From a virus (taxonomy: Duplodnaviria; Caudoviricetes), in the IMG/VR virus record IMGVR_UViG_2871003000_000003, positions 64,001 through 128,000 of that record: a stretch of 64,000 bases of DNA, one strand, 5' to 3'. The notes beneath the pieces are model-generated. The model saw only the letters and a program-made list of their open reading frames with translations, had not been told where the DNA came from and did no database searches. The translations under genes were made by a program, and so were the position numbers. Positions 49,943-60,696 of this stretch are shown in pieces. Numbering within the stretch: the first letter of the stretch is position 1; every line of letters starts with the position of its first letter.

Positions 49943-51556
49943 ATGTCAGAAATTAATAAAGAGCAATCGGTAGAGATTCAAAACGAGTCCTCTCCTACTG
50001 CTGATGAAAATATATATGAATTTAATAGTTATATATCGCCTGTAGATATGTCCAGTTTATTATTCTCATGCGGTATTTATGATTATTTTTCTAAGGAAGA
50101 AATCGATTCTATTTTGCGTGACCCTATTGGGAATCACGATGCAGCAATTCGCTTATCTAATTTTGTATATACCAAAAATGGAATCGTGTCTAACTCAGTC
50201 GATTATATGACTGCGCTTCCTTGTCTTGATCGTATCTTAATAAGTAAAAATAGGAAAAATACGAAGACCGTTCAGGCAAACAAAGCCTTGATGAAATCCA
50301 CTCTTGAAAAAATTGACGATAAGCAGTTTGTTAGAAACGCACTGTTTACATGTATGTTGGATGGAATTGCATTCTTCTATTTCGAAACGAAAAAGAAGAA
50401 TTATGATAAGTCTAAATTCATGACGGACTATGATGTTGAAAATATTGTAGAAATCAATGAAGTTGGAATCAATGCATCTATTATAACACTTCCATGGAGA
50501 TATACAAAAATAGTTGGAAAGAAAAATGGCAGATATGTTCTTGCATTTAATTTGAGATATTTTGATGACTACACTGGAGACAAGATTGAAAGAAAATTAA
50601 GAAAATATCCAGAAGAAATTGTAAAAGCATACAATAGTCGAAAAAATGGTACAACTGGCGGAGACTGGGTTGTACTTGATAACAATCATACAATGTGCAG
50701 AAAAATTAAGTGTAAAGATTCTGAACCTTGGGGTCGAAGTTTAATTATCGCTGCACTTGCAGATGTATTATATAAAGATTATTTCACTGACACAAAGAGA
50801 AACGTGTTAGATGAAATTAACAATAAAATTATCTATCAAACGTTTCCAGAAGGTAAGGACAAAGGGACAAGTTCGCTTACAAATAAACAACAGGAGCAAC
50901 AACATGCTACCGTTCGTCAGGCAGTTATGAATAAAAATTCTCGTGGCGGAATTTCATTCTTTAGTGTTGCCGCAGGAACAAAACTTGATTCTATTGATGT
51001 GTCTACAGATATTTTTGATAGTAAAAACGAATCTGATTTAAATGACCAGATTTCGCTTGATCTTGGAATATCTTCTGCTTTAATTGGCGCAATGACTACA
51101 GGTAATTATGGCGCATCACAAAGTAACTTAGAAATGATTACAGCTCAATTATATACATGGGTATATGAATGGCAGAATGAATTAAATTATGTAATCAATA
51201 AAAATATTATCCAAAATGATAAAAATAAGATTGAGATTTACTACTTTCCTACTTCATTCGTAAATAGGAAGAACTTCTTTGAAATGATGTCGAAGTTGTA
51301 TACGGATTCCGGAGGATCTATGAGTTTTCTCGTTGCTAGTACAGGTGTGGATCCTGACGCATATTTTTCAGTTTTAGATGAAGAAATTGAAAGTGGAGTG
51401 TTTGAAAAATATAAACCACATCAAACATCTTGGACAATGAACGGATCTAATTCTGATAATGCTAAAAAACCAGAAACAGATAATCCCACAGAAAATACAA
51501 TCAAAAGTAGAGAAAGTGGTGGAAACTTAAACCCAAGTCCAAGTGATAATAAATAG
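49943..51556 (+). CDS. portal protein
   Basis: 537 aa directly after terL; synteny. Confidence 0.75.
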   Translation: MSEINKEQSVEIQNESSPTADENIYEFNSYISPVDMSSLLFSCGIYDYFSKEEIDSILRDPIGNHDAAIRLSNFVYTKNGIVSNSVDYMTALPCLDRILISKNRKNTKTVQANKALMKSTLEKIDDKQFVRNALFTCMLDGIAFFYFETKKKNYDKSKFMTDYDVENIVEINEVGINASIITLPWRYTKIVGKKNGRYVLAFNLRYFDDYTGDKIERKLRKYPEEIVKAYNSRKNGTTGGDWVVLDNNHTMCRKIKCKDSEPWGRSLIIAALADVLYKDYFTDTKRNVLDEINNKIIYQTFPEGKDKGTSSLTNKQQEQQHATVRQAVMNKNSRGGISFFSVAAGTKLDSIDVSTDIFDSKNESDLNDQISLDLGISSALIGAMTTGNYGASQSNLEMITAQLYTWVYEWQNELNYVINKNIIQNDKNKIEIYYFPTSFVNRKNFFEMMSKLYTDSGGSMSFLVASTGVDPDAYFSVLDEEIESGVFEKYKPHQTSWTMNGSNSDNAKKPETDNPTENTIKSRESGGNLNPSPSDNK

Positions 51557-51578
51557 TTAAAAGGAAAATTAGTTTTAT

Positions 51579-51624
51579 AGAGATATGTCGAGAACACATG
51601 TGACTTTAGTCATGAGAGGTTCAA
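51579..51624 (+). mobile_element. candidate 46-bp IS200/IS605-type mini-element, different sequence family
   Basis: Follows TTTAT; TGACT-TT-AGTCA hairpin; ends GGTTCAA; single copy. Confidence 0.45.
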
Positions 51625-51717
51625 GTTAAAGATGAAAAATTAAATAAATTGTTAAACGAGTGGTCTGCTAATAAGTAGATCACTTTTATTTTATGTAAAC
51701 AAAGGAGGATAAATCTT

Positions 51718-52944
51718 ATGTTAAATAATATCCTCGAAATTTCTCAGCGATCTAATAAAAACGGACGTGTTCCAATCAAAATTGCCCTTCTTAAAATTCA
51801 TGACGATCCAAATGAAACTAACAAAAATGGTATCCATTGGAAAAAGGAATATGTATTAAACGCAATTGATTCAGTTAAAGGAATGCCATTGTGTTGTGAG
51901 TTTGCATCAGAAGATAAATCATGCCCTCTCGGACATGGGTTAACAGGAGAAGTTGTGGATTCAAATGGGGTTCATGAACCAGTATTTGAAAACTCTGAAG
52001 TCGTCGGAACTTTTGAGAAAGCAGAAATCGAAACAATTAAAGATATCAATGGAGATGAAATAGAGGCTTTGTGTGGGTACGGGTATCTATATTATCAGAG
52101 ATATCCTAAATTGGTTGATTGGGTGCGAAAGGGATTTGCAGTAGGTGAAGTGTGTACTTCTATTGAAATTATGGGACTAAAAGAAAATGATAACAAAATC
52201 ATATATGAAGATGGATATAACGAAAATATGAGATCACCCATGATTTATTCATTTTCGGGGTGTGCGCTCTTAAGCATTTCTCCAAGTGACGATGCGGCTG
52301 TGGTACTTGAGATTTCGCAGAGAAAAACTACAAACAAGGAGGAAAAGAAAAACATGGAATTCGATAAGAAAGAATTTGAGGAAGTTCTCAAATCTACTCT
52401 TGCAGAAATTAACAGTGAAAAGAAATCACACGATGATGAAGTTTCTGAGCTGAACAACAAAATCACAGAACTGAATTCACAGATTGAAGCAAAAGATGTT
52501 GATATTGCTGCTAGAGACACACAGATTGCAGAACTGAATGCAAAAGTTGAGCAGATGGAAAAAGACATGAAGAAGAAAGATGATGAAAAAGAGGATCTCG
52601 AAAAAGAGGTAACAAAAGCAAAAGCATCTGAAAAACTTTCTGAGGTCGAGGCTGCTCTGAAAGACTTTAGCGATGAAGAAAAAGAAGTTGCTAAAGAGGA
52701 CATTAAAAAATTAAAAGATGAAATTAATGCATGTAAAAAGAAATCAGAGTTAAATAATGTCACATCTGAAATCAATTCTATTAAATCTAAAATCTGCATG
52801 GAAATTGTTGCAAAACAGAAACAGGCAGAATCTGAAGCTCGTATTTCTGAGCAGAATTCAGAAGAAGTAAAAATTGAAGATATTTTCTCAGAAGTATGCA
52901 GCGAGAAATATGTCGATGATGACGAAGAAGTAAACATTTTTTAA
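51718..52944 (+). CDS. prohead protease/scaffold
   Basis: N-terminal H...SIEI protease-like domain plus long coiled coil; synteny. Confidence 0.7.
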   Translation: MLNNILEISQRSNKNGRVPIKIALLKIHDDPNETNKNGIHWKKEYVLNAIDSVKGMPLCCEFASEDKSCPLGHGLTGEVVDSNGVHEPVFENSEVVGTFEKAEIETIKDINGDEIEALCGYGYLYYQRYPKLVDWVRKGFAVGEVCTSIEIMGLKENDNKIIYEDGYNENMRSPMIYSFSGCALLSISPSDDAAVVLEISQRKTTNKEEKKNMEFDKKEFEEVLKSTLAEINSEKKSHDDEVSELNNKITELNSQIEAKDVDIAARDTQIAELNAKVEQMEKDMKKKDDEKEDLEKEVTKAKASEKLSEVEAALKDFSDEEKEVAKEDIKKLKDEINACKKKSELNNVTSEINSIKSKICMEIVAKQKQAESEARISEQNSEEVKIEDIFSEVCSEKYVDDDEEVNIF

Positions 52945-52960
52945 GAGGAGGACGAATTAG

Positions 52961-53380
52961 ATGATTAAATTCAGAAGAATTTCTCAGATCGAGAAATTAT
53001 ACCCATTTATGGATGCAGTTATTGATAAAGATGCACTGAATGGAGATTTTGGTGCAGTCACATCTGGAAAGTTTGCTCCAAAAGCAGACGCAAAACAGGC
53101 GATTATGCAGGTCGAAGTTGGTGATGATATGGACATGCCAGAATATAAAATTCCTGCTGGATCTCATGTAAGAGTCGTAGACTTTGAAAAACTTGAGGGA
53201 CAGGAAATCGAAGTATACGGCGCTCAGTTACCAGCAACTTTTGCAAAAGGAAATAAACTGAAATCTGATGCAACAGGAAAATTAATTACAGGTGCTAGTG
53301 TAGCTCCTTATTTTGAAGTAACTGAGATTATTGGAAACAAAATTGGTCTTGTTGCCAAAGTTGTTACAAAACAAGGCTAA
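52961..53380 (+). CDS. capsid decoration protein
   Basis: 139 aa between scaffold and major capsid genes. Confidence 0.55.
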   Translation: MIKFRRISQIEKLYPFMDAVIDKDALNGDFGAVTSGKFAPKADAKQAIMQVEVGDDMDMPEYKIPAGSHVRVVDFEKLEGQEIEVYGAQLPATFAKGNKLKSDATGKLITGASVAPYFEVTEIIGNKIGLVAKVVTKQG

Positions 53381-53398
53381 TTGAAGGAGGGTATATAA

Positions 53399-54499
53399 AT
53401 GAGTTATACATTTGAGTTAAATAACGAACGTAGAGATGCTTCTTTTGTAAGTGGAAAAATTAATGCCAATTCTCCAGTTGTAGAAGTATTCTCTGCTATG
53501 ACAGATGGTAAAGAATTAGCAAAGTTTGGTAAAAAGGGAGATGCTGCAGCTAAATATATTAAAGAATTGAACAGCAGAGCTGCGACAAATGATCAAGTAG
53601 CAATTTCTGAAATCAATGAACTGAGACGTTTCAAAATGCAGCCAGTACTTATGCAGGAAATCAAACTGCTTGGAATTTATGGAAATTACAAACCAATCGG
53701 ATACAATGAATCTTGTGAAGTAGAAATCACAGAGTATGTAAATACTGGTGCTGAAATTCAGGCTGCTGGTCAGGATGTAAAATTCCCAGCAATCAGAAAA
53801 AGACGTGTACCGATTGCAACAACTACTATTTCTGGTGGTTATGCAGTTGACTACAGAAAAGCAGCACTTGGAGATATGAGTGATGAGAATGAACTTCAGG
53901 AACAGGTTCGTGTAGACATCCGAAATAAAGCTGCTAAATATGTAATCGACACTACATATAAAGCAATTAAAGATGCAAAAGGTGTGAAATATTTCTTTGA
54001 AGGAGCAGGACTTACAAAGACAGGTGTCGATGGAGTTATTGCAAATGTAAGACGTTTTGGTAAACCAACAATCTCTGGTGACTATGCTATGATTGCACAG
54101 TTTAATGGATTCGCTGGATATGAGGGAACAACACCGACTGTAAACGGAATCTCTCGTACAATCATGGATGAGATTCATAATACAGGACTGATGGGCGTAT
54201 ACAATGGAGCCACTCTTGCAGAGATTCCAAATCCGTATGATCTGACAACTCTGAATAAAGATGGTACAAACTTTGAGACAATGTTACCGGCTGGACTTGC
54301 ATTTGTAATTCCGCAGGGTGGACAGTCTCCAATTCATACTGTAACAAGAGGTGGACTAACATCATTCTCTGGAAACGATGTTACAACAGGAATGCAATTA
54401 TCCAGATTTGACATGGAGTTTGGTTGTCTTGTAGTACCTGGAAGAGAATATGAAGTGGGTATGCTTCATGATCAGAACCTTGATTCTCTTGGAAAATAA
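53399..54499 (+). CDS. major capsid protein
   Basis: 366 aa, strong RBS, synteny, terminator near 54513-54558. Confidence 0.75.
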   Translation: MSYTFELNNERRDASFVSGKINANSPVVEVFSAMTDGKELAKFGKKGDAAAKYIKELNSRAATNDQVAISEINELRRFKMQPVLMQEIKLLGIYGNYKPIGYNESCEVEITEYVNTGAEIQAAGQDVKFPAIRKRRVPIATTTISGGYAVDYRKAALGDMSDENELQEQVRVDIRNKAAKYVIDTTYKAIKDAKGVKYFFEGAGLTKTGVDGVIANVRRFGKPTISGDYAMIAQFNGFAGYEGTTPTVNGISRTIMDEIHNTGLMGVYNGATLAEIPNPYDLTTLNKDGTNFETMLPAGLAFVIPQGGQSPIHTVTRGGLTSFSGNDVTTGMQLSRFDMEFGCLVVPGREYEVGMLHDQNLDSLGK

Positions 54500-54583
54500 T
54501 TTCAAGTAAATCTAAGATAGTTTTCGCATTATTTTAAATGTGGAAACTATCTTATTTTAGTTTAAAGGAGAAAACAATTAAAT

Positions 54584-54763
54584 ATGAATGAATATTTCTA
54601 TTGTTATTCAAAAAAATTATCATACTTTATTATGGCATATGATATTCCATATGTTTCAAAATCTGTAAACAAGAAAAATGGTATGCCATATCATACATTC
54701 AAGAAGTCAGAACGACTGGATAAAGTAATTGCATTATATAAAGAAATTATACATACTGTTTAA
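54584..54763 (+). CDS. small hypothetical protein (59 aa)
   Basis: MNEYFYCYSKKLSYFI...; AAGGAG RBS. Confidence 0.55.
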   Translation: MNEYFYCYSKKLSYFIMAYDIPYVSKSVNKKNGMPYHTFKKSERLDKVIALYKEIIHTV

Positions 54764-54812
54764 AAATAATTAGTTGATAAAATTACATTAATTGCTATGG
54801 AGGAAACAGAAA

Positions 54813-55298
54813 ATGATTGAAGACAAAAACACAGTACAGGAATTAAATCTTGAGCAGAAAGTAACTATTAAAAGTATCGCAAATTGGACAACAGGTTTCA
54901 AGAGAATTGAAACAAATGGCGATGTAACAATTCCTGCAAATGGGACAGTTCGCTTACAAAGAAGTGAAATTATTACACAGATTCAGAACGGTAATAGATT
55001 ATTGACAGGAATAGACGACAGAGGTTCTCATGCAACACTTTATGTTGATGATAAGCCAACAAGAATTGAAGTTGATTTTGAGAGTGAAGATGGAAAACAG
55101 GTGCAAAATATTCTTACAGTAGATGCTGTCAAGAAATTGTTTGAATACAAAACCTTAAAGACATTCGAAGAGAAACTGAAGGATCTTGTCGTTACACGCG
55201 CCGAAAAATTTGCAATTTTAGAAATTATTAAAAGAGAAAAACTTAACGATTTTGAAAAAATTAGAATCGTAGAAAATTACGTAGAACATAAGATTTAG
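54813..55298 (+). CDS. virion-module hypothetical protein
   Basis: ATG at 54813 after GGAGG. Confidence 0.6.
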   Translation: MIEDKNTVQELNLEQKVTIKSIANWTTGFKRIETNGDVTIPANGTVRLQRSEIITQIQNGNRLLTGIDDRGSHATLYVDDKPTRIEVDFESEDGKQVQNILTVDAVKKLFEYKTLKTFEEKLKDLVVTRAEKFAILEIIKREKLNDFEKIRIVENYVEHKI

Positions 55299-55309
55299 GA
55301 GTGATTTGA

Positions 55310-55702
55310 ATGGGTAATACAACAGCTAACGAAGTGATACAATCATTTGAGTCTTCTTTTGCAGATAAAACAGTATTGCCTTTATCACTAGAAATGGAAT
55401 GGTTTAAGAAGGCAATTGGAAGGTATTCTGCAGAATTAAGTGATTTACATTTTGACGTGGAATTAAATCAATTTGATTCTGAATTGGATAGATATGTTAT
55501 TGATACTTTGGCAGAATTTATGAAACAATCATATCAAGAACGTCAGTATTCTAAAGTCAATAAACGAATCAGCATAACCGGAAAAGATATTGGAATTGAT
55601 GGGTCTAACGGATCTAAAACTGCAACAAAAGCGGAACTTGATTACGTCGCAGAAAAGGCAAATACGATGGTTGGAAACCAGAAAGTAACTGCTTTTATTT
55701 AG
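55310..55702 (+). CDS. putative head-tail adaptor
   Basis: Size and synteny. Confidence 0.5.
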   Translation: MGNTTANEVIQSFESSFADKTVLPLSLEMEWFKKAIGRYSAELSDLHFDVELNQFDSELDRYVIDTLAEFMKQSYQERQYSKVNKRISITGKDIGIDGSNGSKTATKAELDYVAEKANTMVGNQKVTAFI

Positions 55703-55713
55703 GAGGACGCGAT

Positions 55714-56742
55714 ATGCAAGAATGGTATTTATTAAGTCAGAACACTCGTCCAAATGTAACCGGTGGATTTGAGAATGACATGTTTGTAGAAAACAAGGAT
55801 GATGCTTTTGCGGAATCGTTAGAAACTGATATTGCGGTTTCTGTTATTCTTTATAATAGCGATTTGAGCAAAGGTAAAAACATTCGTTGCATCGTACAAG
55901 GAAATACAGCAGATACACAATTGAAGTCACTGGAAAGAACAGTACTTTTTTCTATAGGAACTGTAAAAGCTGGAATGTATGTATTTTTTGAAAATAGGTA
56001 TTGGCTGATAAATGGCTATCCGGGAAATAACGGAATATACGAAAAAGCTACAATGGTATTGTGTCAATATTTACTGCGATGGCAAAATTCTGAAGGAAAG
56101 ATTATTGAGCGTTGGTGCAACGCTGTTTCAGCCAGTAAATATGATGTAGGTGAAAATGGGAATTATACGATTACGCTTTCATCTAATACATATACGATTC
56201 TCACACCGGGAGATTCTGAATGTCTAAACTTGGATAGAAAAAGAGTATTTATTGACAAAAGAAAAATAAATCCGGAAAAAGTGTTTAAAATGACGAGAAC
56301 AGACGATATCTTATATGATTATGGAGATGAATATCATGGGAGTGTTTTAAGTTTTATTGCAGATAAGACAGAATTAAATCTTAAAACAGACAGTCAGGAA
56401 CTTGGCATTTGTGACTATATAGATATTGATCATTCAGAACATGACAATGATAAAGGAACTGTTTTTGCTAAAATTATCGGAAGTGATTCTATAAAGATTA
56501 ATAGAAAAAGAACATATTATGTTAAATTTTACAGCGACGAGAGTTGTACTGAAGAAATTGAATGTACTAATTATACTTGGCATGTATCTGATGATATCCA
56601 GGTAAAAAAAACAATCTACGAAAATTCAATTGAAATACTAATATCTGATGAACAGTATATCGGAAAAATTTTATCTCTGAAAATCATTTCTAACTCACAT
56701 CCAATTTCTGAAAAGAAAATCGAAATTAGTAATTTATTTTAA
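55714..56742 (+). CDS. putative head-closure protein
   Basis: Synteny; beta-rich C-terminus. Confidence 0.5.
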   Translation: MQEWYLLSQNTRPNVTGGFENDMFVENKDDAFAESLETDIAVSVILYNSDLSKGKNIRCIVQGNTADTQLKSLERTVLFSIGTVKAGMYVFFENRYWLINGYPGNNGIYEKATMVLCQYLLRWQNSEGKIIERWCNAVSASKYDVGENGNYTITLSSNTYTILTPGDSECLNLDRKRVFIDKRKINPEKVFKMTRTDDILYDYGDEYHGSVLSFIADKTELNLKTDSQELGICDYIDIDHSEHDNDKGTVFAKIIGSDSIKINRKRTYYVKFYSDESCTEEIECTNYTWHVSDDIQVKKTIYENSIEILISDEQYIGKILSLKIISNSHPISEKKIEISNLF

Positions 56743-56752
56743 GGAAGACATT

Positions 56753-57232
56753 ATGAATAAAACAGTATTAAAAGATATTGGAATTTTTAAATCAAAGCTT
56801 CTTTTATCATTTTTAGATTCGTCTGATATTTGTGAATTACTATTAGGTGATAATTATATGCCAGATGATGTTGACGATCTGGTGTATTCTCAAATCTTTC
56901 CTTATTTATATATAGAAGATACTCAAACAGAGGTTAAACCATATCTTTGTTTTGAAGTAAATTTCAAACAACAGACAAGGACTATGAAAACTCTTCAGAT
57001 TATTGTCTATGCGTACTGTCATAAGGATTGCATGAAATATCACAAAGACGGATATTCTGGAACAAGAGCTGACATTTTAGCTGATATGGTTGAGCGTCAA
57101 TTACATGAAACAAATAAATATGGTATAGGAGAATTGAATTTGGAATCTGTAAATTACTACTTTCCAAATAGTAAATATTACGGAAGACAATTGGTTTTTA
57201 CAACATCAGATTTTAAATTCAAAAATATTTAG
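56753..57232 (+). CDS. putative tail terminator/neck protein
   Basis: Synteny. Confidence 0.5.
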   Translation: MNKTVLKDIGIFKSKLLLSFLDSSDICELLLGDNYMPDDVDDLVYSQIFPYLYIEDTQTEVKPYLCFEVNFKQQTRTMKTLQIIVYAYCHKDCMKYHKDGYSGTRADILADMVERQLHETNKYGIGELNLESVNYYFPNSKYYGRQLVFTTSDFKFKNI

Positions 57233-57238
57233 CGAATT

Positions 57239-58018
57239 ATGAAATTAGATTATTTTGATCTAATCTCCCCTCTCCCACTTGATCTTGTTGGAATTGGAAG
57301 AATTAAATCTCCAAAGCTCATTGAGATTGCTGACATATCTTATTACGTCTATGCACAATATGTGTCGTGTCTAAGAATGACTCCAAGTGATTATATTGAA
57401 GATTTTAAAATAGAAGATCCAGATATTAATTTGTATACAAAATTTGACCTTATTTTGTATGATTCAAATTTTAGAAATATGATTAAAAATGCTCTCAATT
57501 TTTTCTTTGTAGAGGATTTCGAATGGTTTGATGAATATAAATCATTTCTATACACAGAGGAAATTGTTAGAGAAAATGGCGATACTGAACTTCTAGCAAA
57601 AGGAATTATAAATTCTAAAAATTATTATGATGTGTTGGATATAATTCTTCAACGAGTGCATATTACACCGGACAATACAGAAGTGACTGATATTACAAAG
57701 ATCAAAAATAAACGTGGATTAAAAATATACAAGAGGTTGCAAAAGGTAAAACGTGAATTCAAAAAAAGTTCTGGCGGAAATCCAGATTTGTCTTTACCTA
57801 ACATCATATCGTCCGTTGCTGTAAGAAGCCTGTCATTAAACTGGATAAATATATGGGATATTACAATTTATCAATTATTCAATGAATTTGAAAGGCTTCA
57901 GATAATTGATCAATATGACATTGCTTCTACACAGGTGTCTGTATGGGGAGATAAAGAAAAGAAATTCAAGTTTGGTGCTTGGAGTTCAAATATATATAAC
58001 AAAAATGACGCTGAGTAA
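57239..58018 (+). CDS. tail-module hypothetical protein
   Basis: 259-aa ORF. Confidence 0.55.
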   Translation: MKLDYFDLISPLPLDLVGIGRIKSPKLIEIADISYYVYAQYVSCLRMTPSDYIEDFKIEDPDINLYTKFDLILYDSNFRNMIKNALNFFFVEDFEWFDEYKSFLYTEEIVRENGDTELLAKGIINSKNYYDVLDIILQRVHITPDNTEVTDITKIKNKRGLKIYKRLQKVKREFKKSSGGNPDLSLPNIISSVAVRSLSLNWINIWDITIYQLFNEFERLQIIDQYDIASTQVSVWGDKEKKFKFGAWSSNIYNKNDAE

Positions 58019-58072
58019 TTCAGTGTCTTTTTTATTGCAAAAAAAACAAATCTTATATAGGAGGAAATTAAA

Positions 58073-58840
58073 ATGGCAAATCAATTTGGAAAACAGATGG
58101 CAAACCGAGAAGTCTGTGACATGGTGTTTGTAGATTATAAAACAAAAGAACCATTTCTTTTCTGTGATTACGCAAATACATCAAGTCAGGAATTGACAGG
58201 TGAAAACGTATTTGCGTACGGCGGGAAAGGTCATCCAAAGAAAATTACATTCTCTGGAGAACGTGCTGGTACTCTTACGATTGAAACGCAGATTCAGACA
58301 CCTAAGCTTTGGGAGCTGATGACTGGAGGTAAGAGTTCTAAAACAGCAGAAATTATGAAGAGAGTCAAGGTAAAAGTTGGCGAAAGCAATAAAGTTAGTA
58401 TTACTGACACAAAAGTTACTCTCACAAAAGAAAATGTATGGGTTTATGACGGAGCAGATTCTAACATGGAAACAAAACTTGGGGTAACTACTGTTTCTGG
58501 TCAGGACATTACATTGAAAGATTCAAAGGCAGAAGGAACAGAAGTTGTTGTATTCTACCTTGCTACTAGAAATGATGTATACAATATCAGTATTAGATCT
58601 ACTGACTTCCCGAAAGCGTTTACTGTTTACGGCGATACATATATGAAAACAACAGATGAGGATGTGCTTCCATATCTGTTCAAGGCATATAAAGTAGTTC
58701 CGCAGGCTAATATGTCTCTGTCTTTTGCAAGTTCCGGAGATCCGGGTACTGTAACACTTACTTGTGACATGATGGTTGACGATGATGGAAACATGCTTGA
58801 CCTGACTCTGTTACCGGACGAGGACGAACCGGGGGAATAG
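58073..58840 (+). CDS. major tail (tube) protein
   Basis: 255 aa, T/G/V rich, strong RBS, synteny. Confidence 0.7.
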   Translation: MANQFGKQMANREVCDMVFVDYKTKEPFLFCDYANTSSQELTGENVFAYGGKGHPKKITFSGERAGTLTIETQIQTPKLWELMTGGKSSKTAEIMKRVKVKVGESNKVSITDTKVTLTKENVWVYDGADSNMETKLGVTTVSGQDITLKDSKAEGTEVVVFYLATRNDVYNISIRSTDFPKAFTVYGDTYMKTTDEDVLPYLFKAYKVVPQANMSLSFASSGDPGTVTLTCDMMVDDDGNMLDLTLLPDEDEPGE

Positions 58841-58928
58841 AACCCCCTGAAGATCTCGCCTTGATAGGCAGGGGGAAAATCGGAAAGGCAAAAGTCGGAA
58901 AATCAGAATGAATAAGGAGTGAGTAAAA

Positions 58929-59336
58929 ATGGCATATACACCAACGACATGGAGCGATGGAGATGTTATTACTGCTGAAAAGATGAACAAGCTGGAGCAA
59001 GGTGTAAAAAATGAACAGGTTGGCGCACCTGGAGCAGCCGCAGGATTCGGAACACCAACTGCAACGGTTGACGCAAATACTGGAGTTCCATCTGTAACTG
59101 TAACAGCAAGTGGAGCAAACACAGCAAAGGTATTTAATTTTGCATTCAAAAATTTAAAAGGAGCAAAAGGAGATCCTGGTGCGACATACACTCTTCCGGC
59201 TGCGAATAAAACAACACTTGGAGGCGTAAAACAGTCTACTTTGGTTCCTGAAGCTGCAGGAGAAAATGTCACAAAGGCTGAGTTCAAAGCTTTGCTGGAC
59301 GCTTTGAAAGCAGCCGGTATTATGGCTACATCTTAA
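58929..59336 (+). CDS. fibre/decoration protein with short collagen-like segments
   Basis: MAYTPTTW..GD.ITAEK.N.LEQG; GAKGDPG; LLDALKAAG. Confidence 0.65.
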   Translation: MAYTPTTWSDGDVITAEKMNKLEQGVKNEQVGAPGAAAGFGTPTATVDANTGVPSVTVTASGANTAKVFNFAFKNLKGAKGDPGATYTLPAANKTTLGGVKQSTLVPEAAGENVTKAEFKALLDALKAAGIMATS

Positions 59337-59369
59337 AATAACGAGTGATAGATATTTAGTGTGAAGAAA

Positions 59370-59408
59370 GGGGTAAATATCTATTATCGGTATTTACCCC
59401 ATTTTTTT
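59370..59408 (+). terminator. intrinsic terminator
   Basis: GGGGTAAATA/TATTTACCCC plus T7. Confidence 0.75.
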
Positions 59409-59424
59409 ACTCTGCTCCGAATAA

Positions 59425-59616
59425 GTGAGGAGTGAACTCGAAATTAGAAAGTTAGACAATGAATACCGTACAGAATCTTCTCACGAAGTCTGTTATTTAT
59501 CAGAATACGGAATTAAATATACATTTGTAAAAAAAGAAGATGGTGTGACGGTATGGAAGTACAAAAAGACTAAAGAACTTGGACTTGCTTTAGCTAAGTT
59601 CTGGGAACAAAAATAA
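59425..59616 (+). CDS. small hypothetical protein
   Basis: YL...GIKYTFVK...WKYKKT.EL pattern. Confidence 0.5.
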   Translation: MRSELEIRKLDNEYRTESSHEVCYLSEYGIKYTFVKKEDGVTVWKYKKTKELGLALAKFWEQK

Positions 59617-59740
59617 AATAGGTTGTTCAAGATGATGAATATAAAGGTGGGTGTCATATTTTTGAGCGTAGTGTCACGCAGTACACAGGCAATAGTATTA
59701 AAGGACTACCACTCTCCTATTTGTATGAAAGGAAAAAATT

Positions 59741-60010
59741 ATGGAATTTTTGAATGAATTTATGATGCCGGTCGTACTTGGCATTTGCCTTTGCGTCGGA
59801 TATATTATCAAGAAATGGATTAAAGATGTCGATAACAAGTACATCCCAACAATCTGTGGAGTATTGGGCATTGTGATAGCTGCATGGATTAATGGTTTTG
59901 CATTTAGCCCAGAAATTGTTTTAAGCGGTTTGATTAGTGGTCTTGCATCTACAGGTTTGCACCAGGCACTTACACAATTTATCGAAAAGAAAGAACAGAA
60001 AACTGAATAA
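59741..60010 (+). CDS. phage holin
   Basis: GICLCVGYIIK, NKYIP and GL.SGLASTGLHQ motifs. Confidence 0.85.
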   Translation: MEFLNEFMMPVVLGICLCVGYIIKKWIKDVDNKYIPTICGVLGIVIAAWINGFAFSPEIVLSGLISGLASTGLHQALTQFIEKKEQKTE

Positions 60011-60012
60011 AT

Positions 60013-60696
60013 ATGGAATATTTAGAAATGTTTTTTGAGCTAGATTTTGTTTCTATTATTCTCGCAATTGTTACCATACTTCTTGCATGGCAATTTTTAG
60101 ACAAATTGCTTGTATGGTTTTGGGAGAAAACAGGGATTGAATTTAGACATATCAGGAAAAGACGAGAAGAACACGAGCTTCTTATGAAAACCGCTGAAAA
60201 TTTATCAAGACTACAAGAACAACATCAAGAAGACGTGGAACGTGTTACTCAAAATGATAGAGAAATGCAACAGGAATTTTCAGAATTTGTTGAAGAGTTA
60301 AAGTCTGCTCTTACTGCTCAACGAGAACAGATGGATATTTATGCTCAAAATCGGATTAACGATAGAGAGAAATCACGAGAAGTTCAGAGAGAATTGAGTG
60401 AATCTATAGATAAGTTAGCAGAAGGGGCAGAAGAAAGAAAAAAACAAATCAAGGCTCTTATGTGTGGAAGTATGGAATTGCTTGGAGATAAAATTGACCA
60501 AAGATTTAGTAAATATGTAGCAATGAATGGTATACCCGAAAATGAAGTTTCAGAATTTGATGGATTATTTTTTGCATATAAACTTTTAAATGGAAATCAT
60601 GGTCGTGAGCAAAAGTATAAATATGTAAAAGAGCATTTACCCGTTCTTCCTGTTGAAATTAACCCCGTTTATGATGAGCAAAATACAGAAAAATAA
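60013..60696 (+). CDS. membrane-anchored coiled-coil protein (lysis module)
   Basis: N-terminal TM, coiled coil, Y..L.GN C-terminal motif. Confidence 0.6.
   Translation: MEYLEMFFELDFVSIILAIVTILLAWQFLDKLLVWFWEKTGIEFRHIRKRREEHELLMKTAENLSRLQEQHQEDVERVTQNDREMQQEFSEFVEELKSALTAQREQMDIYAQNRINDREKSREVQRELSESIDKLAEGAEERKKQIKALMCGSMELLGDKIDQRFSKYVAMNGIPENEVSEFDGLFFAYKLLNGNHGREQKYKYVKEHLPVLPVEINPVYDEQNTEK

Noticed and set aside
52245-54178. Long antisense ORFs (52245-52937, 53516-54178; also 37196-37807)
   Set aside because: Shadow frames of strongly biased coding genes.
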